Of a stretch of DNA of 52,849 nucleotides, positions 47,486 through 52,849 are shown in pieces. Each line of letters starts with the position of its first letter. Position 1 is the first letter of the stretch. Origin of the DNA: Thermodesulfobacteriota bacterium (lineage in GTDB: Bacteria > Desulfobacterota_D > UBA1144 > Nemesobacterales > N074bin48); NCBI GenBank assembly GCA_041572575.1, contig JBFFSH010000006.1, positions 1-52,849 on the forward strand, written 5' to 3'. The position numbers were made by a program, and so were the translations under genes. Below the pieces are notes generated by a model. That model saw only the letters and a list, made by a program, of their open reading frames with translations. It was not told the origin of the DNA and made no database searches.

Positions 47486-49404
47486 ATAGTTTGATCCAGT
47501 TTTACAGAACAGACCTCTTTTGAATTTATTATTTCTCCTGGTTTTGGACTTTGATCTATAGCAAAACCCTTTCCAGACAGATTCACCTTTACTCCTTCTG
47601 TCTCAGACCACCTTAATATTTCTCTTCTGCTCTTACCCTCGAAGTTAGGCATAATCATATTATCAAGCCCCTTACCCTCCGGACTTATTTCCATATAATA
47701 AAGTGTCTTTTCTACAATCTCTTTAAAAATAGGAGCTGCTATTTCACCCCCATAAAATCCATTTTTAGAATTTTCAACCACTACAACAACTGTTATGCTC
47801 GGGGGATCAATTGGAGCAAATCCCGCAAATGACGAAATATATTTGTCAGCGTAGTAACCGCCGTTCTTAGGGTCTGGTATTTGCGCTGTTCCTGTTTTGC
47901 CGGCAACTTTATAATGTTTAACCTGTGCATTTTTTCCTGTTCCATTGTCCACAGCTTCAATAAGCATGTCGGCAACCATGTTCGCTGTTTCATATGAAAT
48001 TACTCTTTTCCTGATTTCTGGGATATTCCTCATTATTATATTGCCCTTGGAATCGACTATTTCTTTAACTATATAAGGCTTCATAAGATAGCCCTTATTT
48101 GCAATTGATGAAAATGCATTTGCTAACTGCAGTGCAGATACCGATATTCCCTGTCCGAACGATATAGTTGCTAGTTCAACAGGCCCCCAGGAATCTGAAC
48201 TTAAAAGCAGTCCTGAAGACTCTCCCGGTATTTCTATTTCAGTTTTTTTGCCAAATCCAAAATCATGCAAATAGTCGTAAAGCCTGTTTTTCCCAAGCTT
48301 TACACCTATTTTAGAAGCACAAATATTACTAGAAAGACTTATCACATCAGATACTGCAAGAATTTTATAAGGATGAACATCATTAATTATTGAATCACCT
48401 ACTTTCATCCTTCCATTTTCACAATCGAATTTGCTGTTGGGATTAATAAGCTTTTCTTCAATTGCTCCTGCAACCAATAAAGGTTTTAGAGTTGATCCTG
48501 GCTCGAATGATTTCCAGACTGGCAGATTTTTTCTGGCAAGATCACTCGAATCGGAAAACTTATTAGGATCCAAAAACGGATAAGACGATATTGCAAGCAC
48601 TGACCCTTTTTCTGAGTCTATCACAATAGCAAAACCACTGTCAGCATCAAACGACTCCACATGTTTCTTAAGTGAATTATCAGCTATATGCTGTATATGA
48701 GAATCGATTGTAAGAACAATATCATAACCAAGGGCATCATCTTTTATTTCCGAAGGATGTTCAAATATCACCCTTCCAAGTCCGTCTTTTTTTAACTTGA
48801 GCTTGTCTCGTTTGCCAGACAGATAAGTATCGTATAAATATTCCAGTCCCTCTATGCCCTTCGAATCAATGTTGGTAAACCCAATAAGTTGTCCTGCCAG
48901 ATGATTGTAAGGATAAACTCTTTTGGGTTCTTCAATATATCCAAGCCCAGAAAGTTGGAGCTGCTGTAGTGAGAGTTTATCCTCTTCACTTGCAAGGCGC
49001 TTAAGCCACACAAATGATTTTTGTGCATTTATTTTTTTCTCTATATAATCCTTTTTAAGATCAATAGTTTTAGATACTTTTGATACAAACTGATCTTTGT
49101 TTTCAATCTTGAGAGGATTGGCATAAATTGAATAGGAAGTAACACTCATCGCCAGGTCCTTTCCCCCTGCATCTTTAATCGCCCCTCTGTCTGGCAGAAG
49201 CTCAATTTCAAATTCATGCTGGTCTTTTCCAACTACACAAGCTTTATCATCTCTTAGCAGCTGCAGCTGTGCAGACCTTGCTGCTACAAGTACAAACATA
49301 AAACAAATAAATACAGCGATACAGGATAGCTTCCATTTTGGCTTATCGGAATTTCTTGCAAGATTTAATTTGCTTTTGTATTTATTGTTATTCATCTTTT
49401 CCAC
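47482..49404 (-). CDS. ftsI: Septal class B PBP (FtsI) with C-terminal PASTA domain
   Basis: SxxK (GSTLKP), SxN (SSN) and KTG motifs; terminal MPNFEGKS…QSPKPG PASTA. Confidence 0.92.
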   Translation of the reverse strand: MEKMNNNKYKSKLNLARNSDKPKWKLSCIAVFICFMFVLVAARSAQLQLLRDDKACVVGKDQHEFEIELLPDRGAIKDAGGKDLAMSVTSYSIYANPLKIENKDQFVSKVSKTIDLKKDYIEKKINAQKSFVWLKRLASEEDKLSLQQLQLSGLGYIEEPKRVYPYNHLAGQLIGFTNIDSKGIEGLEYLYDTYLSGKRDKLKLKKDGLGRVIFEHPSEIKDDALGYDIVLTIDSHIQHIADNSLKKHVESFDADSGFAIVIDSEKGSVLAISSYPFLDPNKFSDSSDLARKNLPVWKSFEPGSTLKPLLVAGAIEEKLINPNSKFDCENGRMKVGDSIINDVHPYKILAVSDVISLSSNICASKIGVKLGKNRLYDYLHDFGFGKKTEIEIPGESSGLLLSSDSWGPVELATISFGQGISVSALQLANAFSSIANKGYLMKPYIVKEIVDSKGNIIMRNIPEIRKRVISYETANMVADMLIEAVDNGTGKNAQVKHYKVAGKTGTAQIPDPKNGGYYADKYISSFAGFAPIDPPSITVVVVVENSKNGFYGGEIAAPIFKEIVEKTLYYMEISPEGKGLDNMIMPNFEGKSRREILRWSETEGVKVNLSGKGFAIDQSPKPGEIINSKEVCSVKLDQTI

Positions 49405-49708
49405 TATATGCGCTTAAATCTTTGTTGTTCCCTGAATACAATATGTCTTTTTGCGAGGGATATATAAGCCCCCTTTTTAAAGCAAGCTTTTCAATCCTGT
49501 CAGGTGATTTTAGATTTAAAAACTCCGCTTTTAGCATTTGATTTTTTTCCGAAAGTGATCTTTTATAATTCTTATTGTCAGAAATTTCATAACCTACTTC
49601 TATTAGTTCTATTTTTGTATGCAGATAAAACATAAAAAACCCGACAATAAATAATATCAAGATTAAGATTTCTCTAGAACTAACTTTCTGTTTTAGTTTC
49701 TCTCTCAT
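49388..49708 (-). CDS. ftsL: Cell division protein FtsL
   Basis: TM segment, coiled coil and LKSPDRIEKLA, located between rsmH and ftsI. Confidence 0.85.
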   Translation of the reverse strand: MREKLKQKVSSREILILILFIVGFFMFYLHTKIELIEVGYEISDNKNYKRSLSEKNQMLKAEFLNLKSPDRIEKLALKRGLIYPSQKDILYSGNNKDLSAYSGKDE

Positions 49709-49718
49709 TTTGTATCTT

Positions 49719-50684
49719 CTATAATATTTTTTCTGCTACTCTCAACCTGGCACTTCTACTTCTTGGATTTGATCTGATCTCTGCTTCACCGGGACTTATA
49801 GCTCTTTTATTTATGAGTTTGATAGCAGGCTTGTTCCCACAGCTGCAAACCGGCAGATCAGAAGGACATGTGCAGGGGCTCGTGTATTTAGCAAAAGCTC
49901 TCTTTACTATTTTATCCTCAAGTGAATTAAAAGAGATTATAGCAATTCTAGCTCCAACTTTAAGCCTTTCTATTGCTGTTTCTATGAACAAACTTAAATT
50001 ATCAAGCTCATTATTTACACAAACCCTTAGTGCTTGAAACACTTTTGTAGAACAGTTTATTTTCTTTGGTTTAAACCTCTGAGGTATAGTTTTTTCTATG
50101 ATATCGCATAACTGTAAAGTAGTAGATATCTCACCTTCTTCTCTTTTACGTACAATCGCCTTTGCAATTTGTCTTGAAAAACGCTCTTCACCATATTCCC
50201 AAAATATTTCTGCAAGATCTTGGGCAGAATACTCATTAATTATGTCAAAGGCAGTTAAATCGGAATCCATATCTGCTCTCATATCCAATACTTCATCTTT
50301 TTGAAAACTAAATCCCCTGCCGCTTTGTTCAAGCTGATAGGAAGATAAACCCAGGTCTGCTACAATTCCGTCTACTTTTTCTATTCCTGATTGATCAAGA
50401 ACACTTTTGAGTTCACTAAAATTTCTGTTTACTATGGTTACATTCTCACTATAAGATGAGAGGAGTTCAGATGTTATTGCAATTGCATCGGTATCAACCT
50501 CAAAGCAGATCAACTTTGCTTTATAGCCAGCTCTTTCGAGTATTTCAAGAGTGTGCCCTCCAAAACCAAGGGTAGCATCAATGTATAATCCACCACCAAA
50601 TGGCCTTAGATACTGACCGATTTCGGACTTCAGAACTGAGACATGTATGTTGTTTTGTTCTATCTTCATTGCTGTATTTAGCAT
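49719..50684 (-). CDS. rsmH: 16S rRNA m4C1402 methyltransferase
   Basis: HVSVL, DATLGFGGH, DLGLSSYQL, FQALR and NPRSRSARLR. Confidence 0.96.
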   Translation of the reverse strand: MLNTAMKIEQNNIHVSVLKSEIGQYLRPFGGGLYIDATLGFGGHTLEILERAGYKAKLICFEVDTDAIAITSELLSSYSENVTIVNRNFSELKSVLDQSGIEKVDGIVADLGLSSYQLEQSGRGFSFQKDEVLDMRADMDSDLTAFDIINEYSAQDLAEIFWEYGEERFSRQIAKAIVRKREEGEISTTLQLCDIIEKTIPQRFKPKKINCSTKVFQALRVCVNNELDNLSLFIETAIERLKVGARIAIISFNSLEDKIVKRAFAKYTSPCTCPSDLPVCSCGNKPAIKLINKRAISPGEAEIRSNPRSRSARLRVAEKIL

Positions 50685-50685
50685 C

Positions 50686-51132
50686 TTAAATACCCTGACC
50701 GGCTAGAATTTCGCTGCTCTTTTGAAACTCTTCATAAGATTTTACAGACTCTTCACTTCCCCAAACCTCCCTGGACCACACCTCAAACCTGTTTAACATT
50801 CCAATAAGAACAACATCTTTATCAAGACTGGCATAACTTCTTAGTGACTGAGGAATCAGTATTCTTCCCTGACTGTCGATTGGACATTCAACGGCCCCAC
50901 CCATCAAATATCTTAAAAAGGATATTACTTCTTGTTTGAACTGCGGAAGCTCTGCAACTTTATTCTCAATCTCATACCATTCCTGTAGAGGATAAGCAGC
51001 AAGACATTTATTGAAATTTGTAATAATAAGGGTCTCGTCTTCGTATTTAGACTTAAGAAGATCCCTGAAGCGTGAAGGAACACTCACCCTCCCCTTATCA
51101 GTCATAGTATGCTCATATCGTCCTCTAAACAT
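50686..51132 (-). CDS. mraZ: Transcriptional regulator MraZ
   Basis: MFRGRYEH, DKGRVSVP and DSQGRILIP repeats. Confidence 0.96.
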   Translation of the reverse strand: MFRGRYEHTMTDKGRVSVPSRFRDLLKSKYEDETLIITNFNKCLAAYPLQEWYEIENKVAELPQFKQEVISFLRYLMGGAVECPIDSQGRILIPQSLRSYASLDKDVVLIGMLNRFEVWSREVWGSEESVKSYEEFQKSSEILAGQGI

Positions 51133-51148
51133 TTTGGTACACCTGAAG

Positions 51149-51173
51149 CCACTTTACGCCACTTGATACCACT
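51149..51173 (-). promoter_or_regulatory. MraZ binding repeats (3 x AGTGG, 10-nt period)
   Basis: + strand CCACT at 51149, 51159 and 51169, immediately upstream of mraZ. Confidence 0.8.
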
Positions 51174-51199
51174 ATATAAAAAAATGGCGTTAATGTCAA
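51171..51199 (-). promoter_or_regulatory. Sigma70 promoter of the dcw cluster
   Basis: TTGACA (51199-51194), 17-nt spacer, TATAGT (51176-51171), overlapping the first MraZ repeat. Confidence 0.75.
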
Positions 51200-51347
51200 G
51201 CCGAAAATGAAAAAATAATCAATTTTTTAGGGGGGTTAGAATGAATATTTAAATTGGCTTGCCGATTGAAAATCAAAGGTTTTTGACAATTATTTAAAGT
51301 AATACTTGAAGTATTCGGCGCAACCCCCTACAACAATACATCGATGG

Positions 51348-52381
51348 AATAGGGTCAGGCTTTGGTGTTTTGGTTATTAACTTTAGACTCCTAGCTCTTT
51401 TTCGAGTTTGGCCATATATATTTGCTCTTCACTTTGAGATAACAGTTTTTTACGATATCTGGCAACAGCACCACTTATTGTAGAAATGTCCCGTTTTATA
51501 TACCTTGCATATTCGGAGAGACTGCTGCTTCCATATTCTATTATTAGATAACCTATAATAGTTCGAATCCTTCCAAGGTCCCTTGCTCTATCATTGGAAA
51601 TCAACTGATCTTTACTAATGTCAAACGACCTACATGCCGTGGTTATTATCTTTTCTATACTCATACGGTTTTTATCAATAGATTGTGAAGCTTGAATCAC
51701 TTTCTCTGCAAACAAATCATCTCCCAGCACATAACCGTGCTTATTCCCGGATGAAAAATCTATATTCAAATCGGCTTCATCACGATCCTGTACAAACTCC
51801 TGATATTGCTCAATAGCCTCGCTTTTATTGTCTGAAAATAGCTTTAAGATATAGTCCAAAGTAAGCCAGTCCGTCCTGCACTTACCAACAAATGCTCTGT
51901 AACTGCTCCACCTATATTCCTCGGGTTTATTTACTATATTGGCAGTCAACGGGTTTAAATTAATGTATCTTACAAGCTGCAACAAATAACTTTGAGGATC
52001 GATCAAAATGGCCTTGTACCTGCCTTGAAACAGATGGCCGGTCTTGTCATATTTTTTGTTGATGTACAGTGTATAGCGAAATGAAATATTCTGAATAATC
52101 TTTGATAGTGGGATATTGGCAACCTGGATTACCATATGCACATGGTTTTTCATCCAGCAGTATGTATGCACTCTGTGACCAAACCTTTCAATACCCTCAG
52201 ATATCAGGCTTTCAAAATATTTGGTATCTTCTACAGAATAAAATATGTCCTGGCCTGCATTACCTCTTAGTATTACATGATAAAATCCACCAGGAACATG
52301 TATTCTGGGTTTTCGTGCCATAGATCAATAAATTTAACATATTAACCCATAAAAGCCAAATAATCAAAGCCTGACCCTATT
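51348..52381. mobile_element. RAYT element bounded by terminal inverted repeats
   Basis: AATAGGGTCAGGCTTTG at 51348-51364 and its exact reverse complement at 52365-52381 bracket the transposase; similarity extends to about 33 bp. Confidence 0.8.
51383..52321 (-). CDS. REP-associated tyrosine transposase (RAYT; Y1 HUH family) with C-terminal DnaA-C-like HTH
   Basis: MARKPR…YHVILRGN, YCWMKNHVH (HUH), GHLFQGRY, RYINLNP (catalytic Tyr) and YRWSSY. Confidence 0.9.
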   Translation of the reverse strand: MARKPRIHVPGGFYHVILRGNAGQDIFYSVEDTKYFESLISEGIERFGHRVHTYCWMKNHVHMVIQVANIPLSKIIQNISFRYTLYINKKYDKTGHLFQGRYKAILIDPQSYLLQLVRYINLNPLTANIVNKPEEYRWSSYRAFVGKCRTDWLTLDYILKLFSDNKSEAIEQYQEFVQDRDEADLNIDFSSGNKHGYVLGDDLFAEKVIQASQSIDKNRMSIEKIITTACRSFDISKDQLISNDRARDLGRIRTIIGYLIIEYGSSSLSEYARYIKRDISTISGAVARYRKKLLSQSEEQIYMAKLEKELGV

Positions 52382-52709
52382 GCTTCAGTTCTTTATATTG
52401 ATTGATTTGCTTTAGGAATGTATCTATATCAGAAGGAGAACTAAATATTTTTTTTGGCAAGATATACCCTATAGTCTTATCAATCATAATATAAACGTAA
52501 TCTTTACTATCAATTATTTCTCTGCTGAGAAAATGAAAAATCAGTGTAAAAACAAAATGCTGTAAGTAATGACACTAAAGATAGAAAATATTTCATCATG
52601 TTCCCCCCACTAAAAATATTTTTTATCTTGCATTAAACACAATACTAAAGTTATAAGTAGATCATATTACTTACCAAAATAAAATGCAAGTATTATTTTA
52701 GCACAAAGT

Positions 52710-52744
52710 GGGGTCAGGCTTTGGTATTTTGGTTATTAAATGGG
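52710..52744 (+). repeat. RAYT-associated repeat copy next to the tRNA-Leu 3' end
   Basis: GGGTCAGGCTTTGGTATTTTGGTTATTAA matches the left TIR (51352-51380) at 28/29 positions. Confidence 0.85.
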
Positions 52745-52760
52745 ATATTAAGGTAATTAA

Positions 52761-52847
52761 TGGTGCCGAAGGGGGGATTCGAACCCCCACGAGCTCACAC
52801 TCACAGGATTCTGAGTCCTGCGCGTCTGCCAGTTCCGCCACTTCGGC
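52761..52847 (-). tRNA. tRNA-Leu(CAG)
   Basis: Acceptor stem GCCGAAG/CTTCGGC, anticodon arm CAGGA-CTCAGAA-TCCTG, long variable arm and ACCA end. Confidence 0.96.
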
Positions 52848-52849
52848 TG

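Noticed and set aside
51301..51347. tRNA-Leu 3'-end duplication (attL/attR) marking an integrated island
   Set aside because: TTCGGCGCAA is only a partial match and is inverted relative to the tRNA end; no integrase is present.
52382..52709. Replication origin in AT-rich intergenic DNA (also 18110-18527 and 24615-24888)
   Set aside because: No clusters of DnaA boxes (TTATCCACA) were seen and no dnaA/gidA context is present.

Overview
AT-rich bacterial chromosome segment with a Gram-negative, deltaproteobacterial-type gene content. The ispE-tRNA-Gln linkage, PASTA-bearing FtsI, exosortase H and cofC would fit a Desulfobacterota/Dadabacteria-like organism; this is inference only. Left to right: (1) a patchy accessory region at 1-6.8 kb (TrmH, TlpA/DsbD-N pair, PilZ, TrkH, EthD, EEP nuclease, heme-oxygenase-like protein). 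(2) A nine-gene minus-strand metal-uptake operon: fur-family regulator, NikM/CbiM-Q-O ECF transporter, a CxxC/RAPP leader protein, an outer-membrane channel and a ZnuACB-like ABC transporter, preceded by a consensus sigma70 promoter overlapped by a Fur-type palindrome. (3) SDR, exosortase pair, lytic transglycosylase, ispE, tRNA-Gln. (4) A glyoxylate-shunt operon with a long ICL2-type isocitrate lyase. (5) Assorted metabolic genes including cofC. (6) The dcw cluster mraZ to ftsZ, lacking ddl. (7) A RAYT-type HUH tyrosine transposase bracketed by inverted repeats, then tRNA-Leu(CAG). Two observations stand out. One is a probable ribosome-arrest (RAPP) metal-sensing leader in the middle of the operon, whose Pro-Pro codons are complementary to the downstream Shine-Dalgarno. 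The other is a family of GGGGTCAGGCTTTG repeats that form the transposase termini and recur about 45 kb away right behind accessory genes, suggesting RAYT-driven repeat spread or gene-cassette capture.
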